From Felis catus (Eukaryota), in the NCBI RefSeq assembly GCF_018350175.1, contig NC_058368.1, positions 127,040,001 through 127,104,000 of the forward strand: a stretch of 64,000 nt of DNA. The letters are read 5' to 3'. The notes beneath the pieces are model-generated. The model searched no databases, was not told the DNA's origin, and saw only the letters and a program-made list of their open reading frames with translations. Of this stretch, positions 1 through 13,645 are shown one piece after another (within the stretch, counting starts at the first letter, position 1; every line of letters begins with the position of its first letter). The translations under genes and the position numbers were made by a program.

Positions 1-540
1 AGAATGTCTTAAATTTAATCCATTACACATAATTAAAATGTATTAAATGTGTGCCTAATGCCCACTTAGCACCTTATCATGTAGTCTTTAAAATAGTAGC
101 ATTTTTACATGATTAAAATTTTGCCATAATTCATGTAAAAACCTTTTTATTACAGGTTTTTATAACAAAATAGAATTCCTACAGTATTTATTATTGGGTT
201 GTTTTCCATCTTTTATGCTTATATACATGTGCTGTGATGAACACCGTATGACTTCTGTTTTCACGTCTTTTCTCATCACTCTTCAAGGTAATCAACTGCC
301 AAGTATTCTCAACTCTGTCTCTGAAAACAGTTGTCAGTCTATCCCCTCATCTTCACTGGAGACACCACCACCCGAGTTCAGAGTTGCGTTATCCTTAGCG
401 TGTACTTGACAGATAACAGCCTACTAATGAGGATGGGGCTGCCTCCGGTCTCTTCTTTTTGGTATGTTTTCTATCCTGCTTCCAATATTGTCTTTCTAAA
501 TTATATACTTGCTCCGCTGCATAGAAATGACTGATGACTT

Positions 541-709
541 GGGGCACCTGGGTGGCTCAGTCAGTTAAGCGTCTGATTCTTGATTTCGGCTGAGGTCATG
601 ATCTCATGGTTCCTGGGATTGAGCCCCACCTTGGTGTCTGCATTAACAGTGCAGAGCCTGCTTGGGATTCTCTCTCTCTCTCTCTCTCTCTGCCCCCCCC
701 CCCACTCAT

Positions 710-754
<45 letters not shown>

Positions 755-770
755 ATAAGTACACTTAAAA
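541..770 (+). mobile_element. Can-SINE (tRNA-derived carnivore SINE)
   Basis: Head ggggcacctgggtggctcag, (CT)n tract, A-rich tail; degenerate TSD aaatga(c/t)tgatga. Confidence 0.93.
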
Positions 771-1074
771 AAATGATTGATGATCTTCCCTTGCCTATAA
801 AACAAAGTCCACCATGATCAACACTGGCTTCCGATACTCTTCACTGCTCCTGTTTTGTTGCTCTGCACACTTTCAACTCTCTTTGTCTTTTACTGTCCCT
901 AGTCTGCTGATCTGACAGGCACCCATGCTTCCACACCTCACTCTTGCTGGCCCCTTGGGGTCCCTTGACTATACGCAAAACTCTACATTCTTCAAAGCTC
1001 AGCAAAGAACTTTCCATAGATAGTACCTGTATTTGAAGTTGCTTCAATTATGGCCACTTGGCTTGTACATAATC

Positions 1075-1215
1075 ATTCATGATTCCTCTCCCCTCGATTG
1101 TGAATTCCTTGATGCCAATAGTCACATTTTACTCATACCTTGATCTCTAAAACCTACCCTATTTCAGGCCATATAGAAGGCACACAGAAAATATTTGTTC
1201 ACCAAATGGATAATA
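1075..1215 (+). mobile_element. L2 3'-end fragment
   Basis: gattgtgaattccttga...atagaaggcacacagaaaatatttgtt resembles the L2 3' terminus. Confidence 0.5.
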
Positions 1216-1932
1216 ATCATAATCATAATAAAATTCTAGCACTTACACTACCTACCACTTGTTGAATACATTCTTGCTACCAATCACTGACTTAGAATTT
1301 ACTGATGAGAAAATGAAAGCTTAGAGAATTTATGTAAATTGACCACAGTTAAAAAGCTAATAAAAGGAAAGCTAGGTTTTCAATCTATAGGGTTCAACTC
1401 ATACTGGCTGACTAAATAACATGCAGTTTCATTTAATTATGTCAATTAATGTTGTAACAAAATACCCAGAGCAGATATTCAGGCAATAGATATTCAATTA
1501 ATTATTTTCCCCATGATTACACATTTGTTTTTTTCACTGTTTATAACGCCAAGTATTATTTCAATCACTTCCTGGTTGAAAAGTCATTGTGTTAGACCTG
1601 CTTCCCCTCTCTCTCTATCTCCACACACACATATGTATTTATAAATATATATTTAAATAGAAGTATAGAAAGGCAAAACAGGTTAGCTTATAAAAAAGAA
1701 ACAGACTTTTATACCTCTAAAAGATTATAAATTTAATAATCATATAGTCATACTTCAACTATTTAAGGAAATCTTTCAATTCAATGCTTTTTCTGGAGAG
1801 GTCTTTTTCATGAAGGAATTTTTATAAAAGTAACCTCTTTTGGCTTAAAAACTTTAAAACACTCGATAGTCAGTAGATGTGTTAAGTGTCAAAGTAAAAT
1901 AAGAAAAAAACTTGCAAAAAAGTCAATGTACA

Positions 1933-2125
1933 GGGGAACCTGGGTGGCTCAGTCAGTTAGGCGTCTGACTCTTGATTTTGGCTCTAGTCATGATCTCACA
2001 GTTGGTGAGTTTGAGCCCCATATCAGGCTATGCACTGACAGTGCAGAGCCTGTTTGGGATTCTCTGTCTCCCTCTCTTTCTGCCCCTCCCTCACTTGCTC
2101 ACTCTCAAAAATAAACATTTTTTTT
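1933..2125 (+). mobile_element. Can-SINE
   Basis: Head ggggaacctgggtggctcag; TSD aaag(t/c)caatgtaca. Confidence 0.93.
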
Positions 2126-2516
2126 AAAGCCAATGTACAAATAGTCCCATACACAATCTTTATCCATGTTTCCTTCAAGTTATTAAACCACATGTACTCA
2201 GCATTTTTCAATCACATTCCTAACAAAGCTAACTGAGCTTCCATTTCCTGCAATTATCAAGAGTCTTGCTATAATGTGCTCTTATTAAAGGAAAAGGGAA
2301 AATAGGGGAAGTACATGGTGAAGTGGTGCCTGCTACTAGTAGAGTGGACTTGTGTGCAATGGATTGGTCTCCTCCTGCACGCACACCACCTTAACATGCA
2401 TTTCCATCCAATGTCTCTTTGACCTCTCTCACCTAGACCCATTTGTCTTCTTTATGCATATCTTGCTTTCAATTATTATTGCACATATTTCTTTTTATGT
2501 TATATACACTATTTGT

Positions 2517-2519
<3 letters not shown>

Positions 2520-2588
<69 letters not shown>
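2520..2588. repeat. Compound (TC)n(AC)n microsatellite
   Basis: Read directly from the sequence. Confidence 0.97.
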
Positions 2589-2591
<3 letters not shown>

Positions 2592-5011
2592 TTATAATGA
2601 CTTAGCTAAGTACCTAGCATCACTATTGTCACCATAAAATACTTTCTTGGTGTCTTTTCTTTAATAAGCTCAAAATGTTAAATGATTAGCCCAGATAATA
2701 GCACAATAATTGTTCCAGTTAAGTACCTTTGGTATTCTTTTTGTCCCCCGTTGGATTTTAGGAATGACTTTGTGCTTTAGAAGAACAATAAACATGCAAG
2801 GTTAAGTTTATTCTCACTGGGTTTCAACTAATTAGTACTATTTGGATAATTTACTTTTTATATCTTCTACTTACCAAACTGACTAAATTCTATTTAGAAA
2901 ACACTTGGTTTTTAAGGGGTTGTGAATATTCAGGGTAAAATATGTGGAGTGGAGACTTACACCAATTTTTTTGTGGACTAAAATCAATTTTGTTTTATGC
3001 TAGTCACTGTATCGCATGACTCCCTCTATAGGTAAAGTGTAAGCAATTATATTCACTTTATCACTTATAGAGAAAAACTTGTATTTTTTAAAATCTTGAG
3101 CCAAAAGACATTTGCCTTAAACCTCCAAGTTCGATTTATCTGAGAGCCTAGAGGTTATATTCAGTGAATATAATCGAAACAGCTCTAAATATAAAGACCT
3201 ATCCAGGGAGGAGATAGGACATGACTTTTTTTCTAATTTTCAAGTTTATGTACAAGAAATACAGTTCTGTATCTATTGCTCATAAATTAGCATCCTTTAA
3301 TACTTCTTATACTTTCTCAACGCATACACTTCTAAAGTGGGTCTGAAAGCTACCCTAATATGATGAATGGTTTTACAGGGGTGTAAGAAGGCCCCTGGAC
3401 TCAGAGATATATATTCCTGGATCCATGTCTAAGTACCATTTACTCTCACTAGGCCTCAGTTTTCTCAACTTTACAATAGAGAAGTTTAAATTTTCTCTGA
3501 GTTGCATTCTTGCATGAAAATCCTTAATTTGAAAATGATTAAAGGGATTGAAAATGTGGCAATTAGAAACTTAGTGAAAAGTGATACTGTGAAGACATGA
3601 CAAGATTGTATGAGGTAGCTTTTCCTGAGTTAACATCATTTGAAAACAAAATGCTTGAAAGGACTAATTGTGTCTAAAGAGGCATAGCTAAACTCCAAAA
3701 CCTATACAGAACAGCACAATACAGCGATGGCTTGGCCATCTCTGACGCTTTGCTGCCCCCTCATGTTTCAACATACTCTAGTTCTATTATTCACTGCCCC
3801 TTAAGGACCTAAGTAGGTGAGCCTTGCTCTAAGTAATACAAGGATTCCTAAAATGTCCTGTGATTACTGTTTAAAAACAATCATTGATGAAATGTTCCAG
3901 AAAAGCTGACACATCATCAGTGTCTTCCTCCTCTACCTTACAAGCTTTCAAATTAGCTTTAAGAACAACAACAACAATAGATGCCAGACATGGATTAGGA
4001 TTATAGGAAGAAACACTTGGGGAGTTACTCATAACCTGCTGACTTCTGGTCTTTGTCTAAATTATCTCCCCAAATTTCTGCAACAGCACTGATAGTTAGC
4101 TACTCATATCTACATTCTTCAAATGAGGGAATAAAGCAAATGAGAGACCCAGGGTTTGTACTCCAGCTCCAAACCCCACATGCCATGTGTTTGTTATATC
4201 ACACTAAAGAACAAAATAGCTCTTTAGTAATGAGACTCGTTTATAAATGTACATTTGGAAATGTACATTAGTTATGAAAATAGAAACTGCCAAGTGATTA
4301 ACCCGCTTTAACCCTAATGATATAAAATCAAACTTCCCTGGCTTTAAAACACATGTCAAATGGAATAATCTCAAAGGAGAAAAGTGTATTGTAAGTTCTG
4401 TGGGACAAAGCTTTAGAAAACATAGTGTGACGCATGTAGACAAAGTTCTTAACTGTTCTTTTATAGAAATCAAATGGTTGATTTACGGAAAAGTTGTAGA
4501 GAGATCATTATTTTAGATTTTGAAAATGATTCTGCACCATACTTTATTGCCCACATCACAGGGCCACCAATGTGTGTGGCAGTGAGGAAAAGTAGGGACA
4601 CAGCACTGGGAGCAATAGGAAAACCCACTTTTGACAGGCACCAAGGAAGTGTGTCCGTTTTGACCATTTTGGGGGGCTCCATATTTTCTCTCTTATGACC
4701 CTACAAGCCTCTTTCTCTCATTTTTTCCTCCTTTCATCTCTCTGCCCTACTCATTCCATCATCCCTTGTTCTACCTACAGAGAATAAAAACAAGTGCAAA
4801 GCAAAAGAGAAAATGTCTTGCATGCCTACTCTGTGAAGCAGGATGCTGAGAGCATCCATATGTGAATGCCCCTTACTTAGCAATAACTGTATGAAATATG
4901 ATAACCAATTTATAAGTGGGGAAACCAAGGCAGAGAGGGGTATGTGGCCTGCCCAGGGCCACACAGCTATCATGGTAGAGCATGATTTGATTCTAGACAG
5001 GCAAAACACCC

Positions 5012-5098
5012 ATGCTACACAATTCCAGGGGCGCCCATCCGTGATGTTCTAAGTGGTTGCCCTCCAGGGGCCCCTGGAGCTGTGCACCACAGCAGCCT
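5012..5098. mobile_element. MER91-like palindromic hAT MITE relic
   Basis: cacaattccaggggcgcc ... cccctggagctgtgca inverted arrangement. Confidence 0.45.
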
Positions 5099-7494
5099 TT
5101 TGGACCACTCCTGGACTCTGCCATATGGTGCACTGTTCCTCCAGATCCTAACCAAAATATCTAAGAAGGTCAAGTTCATCTTAAAGGGTGCCCCACTGAC
5201 CCTTTTTAACACTCTTTTCTGCCATTCCCAGGACCATGACACAGGAATAGCTGGGTTCTAACAATAGGAGGCGTGAACCTGGATGTATAGGTCCTGAACA
5301 GTCAGTGGCTGAGGAAGGAGATGCACTTTTCTGTGTACCTCAACTCTTACTTCTATCCAAGTTTATGTTTTTAAGAGCCTACTTTTTCAGAATGGGCTCA
5401 GAGACAGAAATCTTTTCCTGCCATTGCCCTCATTCCCACAGCCTCCATTCCACTTTTCCACCTTGGTTGGCTAGGCTGGGACAAGGAAAAAAGACGGCCA
5501 TTCTCTAGTTAATTTCCCATTGTGCTCTGTGATGAACACGGCTGCACTAAGCAGTTAATGACAGTTAATTAGTTTCCCTTCCTAGATAAGATATTTCTGT
5601 AGCCCCACTGTCCCTAGGCCTCAGGTCAGGAGCTTGTGGGTACAAATGAGGCCATATTAACCTTAATTCTCAGATTTCAATGGCTCAAAGTTCCCTCTGG
5701 TATAACTCCTGGGCCTCAACACTATGTGAACATTTGTGGGGGCTTCTATAGGGTCTCTCACATGTGTTTAAGAAAAGTCTGTGCCCTTTGAGTGCAATTA
5801 CTCTCCCTTTAATCACTTCCCGGCATCTGCCAGGGTGGTTGGACAGCTGCCTGGACCACTGACCACCCACCACCTCCTGATGGACACAACAATCTCCACC
5901 GATACCTGCAGCTGCTCTCTGGAGAGGGTGCTCCTGTGAGGCTGGCTCATATGTGACCTCAAGCTACACAAGCGTCCAGGAACCAAAATAGCACTGCGTT
6001 CTGTTCAAACTACAATGTCAGAGTCCTGCTTGTGGCAAAAATAGTAGGGGTGGAGAGGTGACCCCTCTGCATAGGGGTCAGATCTAGAGCCTGAAGCAGG
6101 GATGGGGATGAGCTTCCATGTGGCCTCTCTCACTAGAAGCCCCAGCTGCAGGCTCACAAAGGTTGGCCTGCTTGTCCCTCAACGTAATAGGCAAGTGTAC
6201 AGAGACAGGGCCATCCAGTTCTACACCCCTATCTCAGTTGAGACCCATTGACATTGAACTCAGCTTTCTGGGAAAAAAAAAGTTGTTAATCAAAGAACTT
6301 ATTTTAATATACAGGAATTTCAGTCTATATCTTGAACAATGACAGGAAGAAATGTGATGGACAAGGCATACACTATGAAATGACACTTGAAAATCATCAC
6401 CAACAAGATCTTGAAAGATAAACATAGGAAAAAGAACCAAACATTTAATATTCATTGAAATACAAATCCCATTCAAAAGACATTCCAAAAAGAACAACAT
6501 TACCAACTGTTCCAGAATCAACTCTGATGTGACCGCAAAGGAGACCAGATTAAAAGTGCTGACCTGAGTGGGGAAGTTAACTTTCAAGCAAAGTGTACTC
6601 ACTAATAGCTTAATAAGGAGCTCTCAAAATATTCTGAGTTGGAGTCCAAGGAAGGCACTTGAATCAAATGAAGTAATGGTCTAGTTTGGAGAATATGTTA
6701 ATTTTCTTCTGGTAATAATTTTAGAAAACATAGGTTTTCTTTTCCAGGCAATTATTTTAATGAATCAATTGGGGTTTCAAGAAATGATTAAATGAGTTCA
6801 ATTTGGTTTCAGGTTCAGCAAAATGAGATCATTTGTTCTGTTTTTGGTTCAGTTGAGGTCAAGCCCCATGTCTAAAATAGATTAATAGGAATTGGGATGA
6901 TTTTTTTTTTTTTTGCCCTTTATGTCCCTCATCCTTCTTTTCCCTTCTTTTCCCAAAACATCTGTTCTTTTGATCTCACTGAACTTTCCTGGGTTGTATA
7001 ATTACTTCTCTCCCCTCCCAAAGTAAATTTATTCTCACTTTGAGCCAAAATCAGGACTACTGGAATGGTGTTCCTTCCTGCACACAACTGGGATATCAAT
7101 TAACCAGTAAGGTCCCTTTTATTTATGCTTTCCCTTTCATTAAAACAAACTACCACACAATAATGTCATGCTGATGGCATAAGCCTGGAAACAATATGGT
7201 CAACATTTGGAAGGTAACACCATCTCTCATAATACAAATGCCGAGAGCAATGTATCAGCACAGATTTAAATGGTCTTTAAAGACGGGACATCAGTAAAGA
7301 TTGCCCAAATAATAGCTTAAATGGAGAACTTGTGGACTCAAGGATAGAAATGATAATAGAGAGAAAAAGGGAACAATTTCTTTAAAATTATAGAATTGCA
7401 ATATAAAATTGGTGTTAAGTGTTATGCTGAACCTTGGAAGATATGATTTTTTTTTTCTAGACAGAAGAAGAGTAAGCTTCTAGATCTTTCTTAC

Positions 7495-7544
7495 CTGTTA
7501 TGGTGGCTTTGTTGATGGATGGTTGGTTGCACATGGGTGATCTT
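7495..7544 (-). CDS. PDE4D: PDE4D 50-nt exon (phase 2-1), linker toward UCR2: (K)RSPMCNQPSINKATIT
   Basis: Acceptor ctctctttgtcag|AAGATCACCC and donor ATAACAG|gtaaga. Confidence 0.96.
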
Positions 7545-8369
7545 CTGACAAAGAGAGAAAAGTACAAAGCAATAAATATGTGGTGCATGTTAATCTCAGG
7601 ACTCTCGGAGTCATCTCCAATATGCCATTTTAATTCAAAGGATTATTTTTAAGGCAGGACATGTAAATGAAGATTTCTCTCAGACTAGCCAGATTAGTTC
7701 CTAGTCTATAGTTAATATCACACATGTCAAAAAAAGCAAAGAGTTAAATCTCACAGTGATAGACTTTGGGGAAAATAAGGCTGAAGTAAATGTCACAGGA
7801 ACATGATAGAGGAGGAAGTTCTTATTAACTGACTGCATTCAATTAAACCAGGGCTTACAGAGCAAACACAAACTTTGTGAATTTGAAGAACAGTCAAGCG
7901 ACAAGTGGTTTCCCTAATACAGTGATGAGAAACTTTTGTTTTTGGCATAAATTCTCAGAAGTGAATGACTCCTTGGAGACTGTGTTACAATTAGAGAAGC
8001 TATTTAAACACTTTCCTTTTCCTTTCCTTATATTGAGAAACATCTCTGATACATTTATCAGAGAGGTATATCAATGCTTTGTCCAAATAGATGCTATAGA
8101 GACTGCAGAAACACTATAAACCAAAGGTACTTAAATAGGTTCTATCTTGTATTCTCTGATTTTTCAGATGCTGGCAAAGTTTCACAAGGTGACTATATTC
8201 CCCTTGAACTGAAAAACCCTGCTCTAAAACTAACATGTATCTCTACAGAATCCAGCCACAACGTATCCACTATTCAATCAGTGCTTAATAAATTACGTTG
8301 AAAAGAATATCACTTATGGTCTATAACTTACTTACAATTGGAAGCTTTTAAAATATTGCATAGTGATCT

Positions 8370-8600
8370 TTAACACTTAACTAACACTTACAAAACACTT
8401 ACTGTGTGTCAGACACTGAGCTAAATGAGCACTTTCGATGAATAATCTACTTTGATCCTCAAAAGAAACCATAAAGCAGGTTATCTCATTGTTTTCGTTT
8501 TACAAAAGAGGAAAACAAAGCTTTGGGAAGTCGAGTCACTTGTTCAGAATAAGAGAGCTGAGTTTTCAACTAACGCAGTGGGATTCTAGAGCCAGCGCTC
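8370..8600 (-). mobile_element. MIR
   Basis: cacttactgtgtgtcagacactg...ttttacaaaagaggaaaacaaagct core. Confidence 0.7.
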
Positions 8601-10905
8601 TGCCATAATGCCTTATTTTTAAGATGCTTTTGTGGAAAGAGGACGAACAGCCATGCGTCTGTGCAAATGACAGACTCTTGCAGAGCTGTGTTCAAATCTG
8701 CTTTCCTGAGATGACACATCTCTTAATTGGGAGATGCAATCTAGTGCTTTCTAAATTCTCACTGCCTTGGTTCCAGGCAGTGTCTGGCTCTGACTTACTG
8801 CTTTTAAGTTTATTGATGTCACTTTAGGATTGAAGTTTTGTGTTTGGCTGGAAATGCACCACAATCAACTGCCAAGTTATTCTGGTTTTTATTAGTAAAT
8901 GAAATGAGAAAATATAAAACTTGATTAATGTTTCATAAAACAGAAAGGGTGATGCTTTAAATTGTTACTCTGAAATAGAGCTGATCTTCTTGCTGAGAGT
9001 ATATTATTCAAATAATTTATATCTTAATTACTCCTTTTTTAGTCCTTGCTCTGTGAAAATCTAGAAAGCGTTTTATCTGAAAAAAGGTATCAAATGAATA
9101 GTCCTAAGCTCATCTACAGTTTTAGAAAACCAAGTTATTGCCTTTTTATTTATTATCTTCTCTTAATAACAATCCTACAATTTGGGGACTTGGGAAATTG
9201 ATATTTCAACAAATAATGACAAGCAGACAATATTAACCACTTGATCATGGTTACAGTGGTAAATCATTTAATGAAGAATGGGTCAGAACTCACTGTGGAA
9301 TTAAAAATCTCAGGGGCAAGAAAGAGCAACATGATAGAAACCAGTGATAGACTAGTAAAATCAGCAATGCACATTTGAGTACCGACAGGGGCCAGGCTTC
9401 ACATGCATTCCTCATGGACTTCTTTCCTGTAGCAAACAAAAAGGGTGGATTGTACAAGGCCTCACATGCCTTCCAGGAAATCCAAGGGTAAGCTTGGAAA
9501 TGTTGTAGTGGCATTGTAAGTGTCCAGCAGGGAAAATTCTGATTCCTTCATGGTCATCATGTGACAAGCCAGAGTTATACCGTTTCACTATCGCTGTCTG
9601 CAGCAGAGCTTAGCTGTGTAGACTAATTTCTGCTATTCTGATACATGAAGAGGTTGATTCAATTTGAATCAGTAAAGGAGGTACAAATCTGCATTAGCCA
9701 AAAGAGAGACTACAAAGGCCTTTACTTCGAGACTACCAGCTAATATTGTTAGGTTAAATGTCACTGGACATACAATAGGTCAGGTTTAGGCATAAACTAT
9801 GAGTTTCTATCCTCCTCTAGCTGCTCTTTTCCACTTTAATCTGCTTCATCCTTGCAAATCAGTTGAAAACTTTATCTTTCAAGGGATGGGTCTTAGGTCA
9901 TCTCTTTAGAGACAGAAAGCCAGTCTGCTGCCTTCACACCTGTCTGGTAAACTGTTTGCCTGACACAGGTTTAGATGTTGGTACCCAAGTGACCACGTCT
10001 GAAGGAAGTACAAAAGGCATTATAAAGTGTGTAGTTTGCCTATTCAAAGACATGCCTTAATATTTGGGACTAAAATGTTTGGGAATGACACCCGTAATTT
10101 CATGCCTCCTGTGAAGCTGAGACTTTCCAAAGAGGAGGTGACGTTACCTATGAGTTACCAAATGCCAAAATACCCACGGGGCTGTTGAGATCACTGGGAT
10201 ATTATATGGCCATGGAGCACAGAAGACACGTTTGGTAATGGTAAACAAATACTGCAAGTAAACCCTCAGATTCCACATGCTACAGTATCACTTTGCTCTT
10301 CTAGCCAAAAGCACACACAGAGTGACTGCTCTGTGCTGGCTCTTGTGTGAGGCACCAGGAACACACGTCAACCACATACACCCCCCGATGGCTGCAGGCT
10401 GACATTCTTCAGGGGGCGCTCAGACAAGTAAATAGGTACCCGGAGCACAGAGGGATATGTGCTAACATAGGAGTTAGGTGCAATGTGCAGTTACACAGAC
10501 ACGGAAGGACGTACCATCAAGCCTGGGACCTGTGTGTACATGTGCTATGTTGGGTGTTAGCCAGGGACGATGACCCCAAGTAAATTATATTTAAGCTGTG
10601 ACCTAAAGAATGAATTGCAATTAGCCCAACGGATGAGGTAGGGGTGGAGAAGAAGGTGAGAAATGTTCAGACTGAGGAGACAGGACTGCGAAATCATTAC
10701 CTGGAAAACAGGACAATTGACTGAAGCTTCTGGGTTCCATTCGAATAATTAGTTGCGTTATAGCATTTATATTGGTTTTTAAAAAACCTTTGTTATCATA
10801 GAAAATGCATACATAGTGGCCAGAGTTTTTTTAAATTCACATGGAAAATGTGAATGTGTCAGTTACATTATTATGGGATTTTATTTAAAATTATTCAGAT
10901 CTTTT

Positions 10906-11140
10906 GGGGCATCAGGGTGGCTCAGTCAGTTAAGCGTCTGATTCTGGCTCAGGTCATGATCTCAGAGTTCACATGTTTGAGTCCTGCATCAGGCTCTGTG
11001 CTGATAGTTTAGAGCCTGGAGCCTGCCTCAGATTCTGTGTCTCTGTCTCTCTCTCTCTCTCTCTGCCCCTCCCCTGCTTGCACTCTGTCTCTCTCTCTCT
11101 TCTTAAAAAAAAAAAAAATTAAAAAAACATTTAAAACAAT
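10906..11140 (+). mobile_element. Can-SINE (felid SINEC_Fc type)
   Basis: Head, agagcctggagcctg motif, (CT)n, poly-A; TSD approximately taaaattattcagat. Confidence 0.93.
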
Positions 11141-11302
11141 TAAAATTATTATTCAGATTTTCCATATACTTTTATAGACTTAGATAAGTTATAATTTTAA
11201 ATAAATTTCTATCCACTGTTATCTTAATATTTATTTAAAGAAATGTTTTTTTCTTCTGGTAAATTATTTGGACTTGATATTTTATTTTATTATTAATTTT
11301 TT

Positions 11303-11507
11303 TCAACGTTTATTTATTTTTGGGACAGAGAGAGACAGAGCATGATCGGGCGAGGGGCAGAGAGAGAGGGAGACACAGAATCGGAAACAGGCTCCAGGCT
11401 CTGAGCCATCAGCCCAGAGCCTGACGCGGGGCTCGAACTCACGGACCGCGAGATCGTGACCTGGCTGAAGTCGGATGCTTAACCGACTGCGCCACCCAGG
11501 CGCCCCA
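11303..11507 (-). mobile_element. Young felid SINEC_Fc nested in the tail of an older SINE
   Basis: CpG-rich near-consensus copy; 15-bp TSD tattattaatttttt (11288-11302 and 11508-11522). Confidence 0.93.
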
Positions 11508-11724
11508 TATTATTAATTTTTTAATGTTTGTTTATTTTAGAGAGAGAGAGACAGAGAGCACTAGCAGGGGAGGGGCAGAGAAAGAGGGAGACACAGAATC
11601 TGAAGCAGGCTCCAGGCTCTGAGGTGTCAGCACAGAGCCCCATGTGGAGCTCAAACTAGTGAACCTTGAGATCGTAACCTGAGCTGAAGTAGGATGTTTA
11701 ACTGACTGAGCCACCCAGAGCCTC
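11508..11724 (-). mobile_element. Older felid Can-SINE
   Basis: Reverse-complement SINE body ending ctgagccacccag. Confidence 0.92.
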
Positions 11725-12418
11725 TGGAGTTTACATTTTAATGACTTGTTGTTTATTATTAATGATAGAATGCCAAAATAAGGAGCATTTGAGTAATTAG
11801 TTTTCCACTTAATCGTGAAAAATTATTTTCTCTTTTTAGATTTTTCACCTTTATTAGATGATTCAAATTATAATTATTTCCCATCTCAGCTTTCTGTCTT
11901 TCAAATGCTTCCTCTGTTATCACAAAAAAAAAAATCACAGTTTTATTAATTACTCCATGAGGCTCCTTATCTGAGATTCAGTAACAGCAGGAGAATCAAA
12001 GATCTTTGATATGATACAATGCTTCTCCAAGTTAAACTGGTGTCTTAGAATTAGGAGGATGACTTTGGATTGACTTTAAGGCTTGATGAGATTATATGTC
12101 CACGGTTAATTTATGAAGTAAAGCCAAAACGATAGAGTTACCCTGAGTGTGAATAACCGGGCAGAGGACTGATTATGCCAGCTGATTTCTGACAGATGCA
12201 GGCACCATATTTATTTCTCATACGGCTTCATTTCTGATATTTAGAACCATCACTGCAAGTATTATAGAAAAGTGACGGGACATCTTAGGCCTTAGTGTAA
12301 ATGGTTAGACAACATGGCAACGACTGAGAGAAATCAAATACATTGCCTTGAGTTCAACCAGACTCAGAAAACACCGTCTAAAAGTTTAGCATGACGGGGT
12401 GGGGAAAGGATAACTTAC

Positions 12419-12492
12419 TTGCTAGGTGCTCGATCTTGCAAATTAGTTAATGCAGCAAAGTTGTTTCGTACAGTTCGCAGGCTGGCCAAGAC
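12419..12492 (-). CDS. PDE4D: PDE4D 74-nt exon (phase 0-2), end of UCR1 and linker: VLASLRTVRNNFAALTNLQDRAPS(K)
   Basis: Acceptor ttttgttgtag|GTCTTGGCC and donor AGCAA|gtaagt. Confidence 0.96.
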
Positions 12493-13439
12493 CTACAACA
12501 AAAAGGGACTCTTTAAGCTCCTTGGAACAGAGCCATCTTTAGTGCAATTTAAAATGGTTTGGTGATGTAAACAGTAGTTTGTTAAGTGAAAGCCTGATAC
12601 TGCTTGCAACCTAGTTTCACATACCACTAAAGAATCTTTTAGCCCTTAGTGAAGTTTACACGTATCTATTTGAAATCTGGAGTGGTCAGACTGCAAAGAT
12701 TTCCCAGGTATTTCTCCTCATTGCCAATGAATATGGTGACGTAGCAGAAGCTGACACAGTATTCCTGGATTCCTCAGCCACCAAAACAATATCTTAGGCA
12801 ATATACACACAGCATTGTTACGAATTATGCAAATTTAAAATAGTATAATACAAAATAATAAGAAACTCTCACTTTAGGGGTAAAATGTTAAATATATGTT
12901 CCCAAATTCTCTTTAAATATTCACTAAGAATGTCAGATTTTCAGAGTCAGAAATCTAGGTGAATTTAAATTTTTTTTTCACTTTTGCCACATGGCTACCT
13001 AGCAAAGAAAAATTCTTTTCTTTGTTAAGGTTATCTGAATCATCAATTTTAAGATTCTTAAGGATGCATTTTCACATAAAATGGGACCACCCTATGTGCT
13101 CAAAACTGGGCCTAGAGAAAGTACTAAAGAATTTTGTTGAAGAAATGAATACATAGACACAACACACCCATATACACAAGGCGGGACCATCATGTCCCAT
13201 CTACCTCTGAAGGTCCTTCTTTTTCTAATCTAGTGTAACTAGAAGGTGGCGAAAGAACTGGAAGTGAGGCTAGGAGAGAACATTTGCAAGAGCTTTACCT
13301 GCCTCCCTTTGCACTAGAATGGGTGAGTTTCCTTCAAGGTAGAGCCTACATCAGGTGAGATTATAAGTAATGTGAGTGACAACCAGAATGTTGAGTTTAT
13401 CTAAAACATAGATTTCAATTGTCCTGTTAGGTACTACGT

Positions 13440-13645
13440 AACGACCCAGACTGCCTGGCTCTGTTACGTATTCAGTGAATTTAGACAAGTTACATAATCT
13501 CTGTCTACCTCAGTTTCCTTTTCTGTAACCCAGGATAGTGATAGCTGTCTTTGAGGACTGTTGTGAAGATGATATGAAATGACAGGTTAGGTGCCAAGGA
13601 CAGTGCCCGGCAAACAGAAAGCACTCAAAGAATATTAGCCCATGA
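13440..13645 (+). mobile_element. MIR
   Basis: acaagttacataatctctgtctacctcagtttccttttctgtaa core. Confidence 0.7.

Noticed and set aside
1..7494. Next common exon ([23 protein letters not shown]..., UCR2) and catalytic exons
   Set aside because: Not found on the minus strand; the intron continues past position 1
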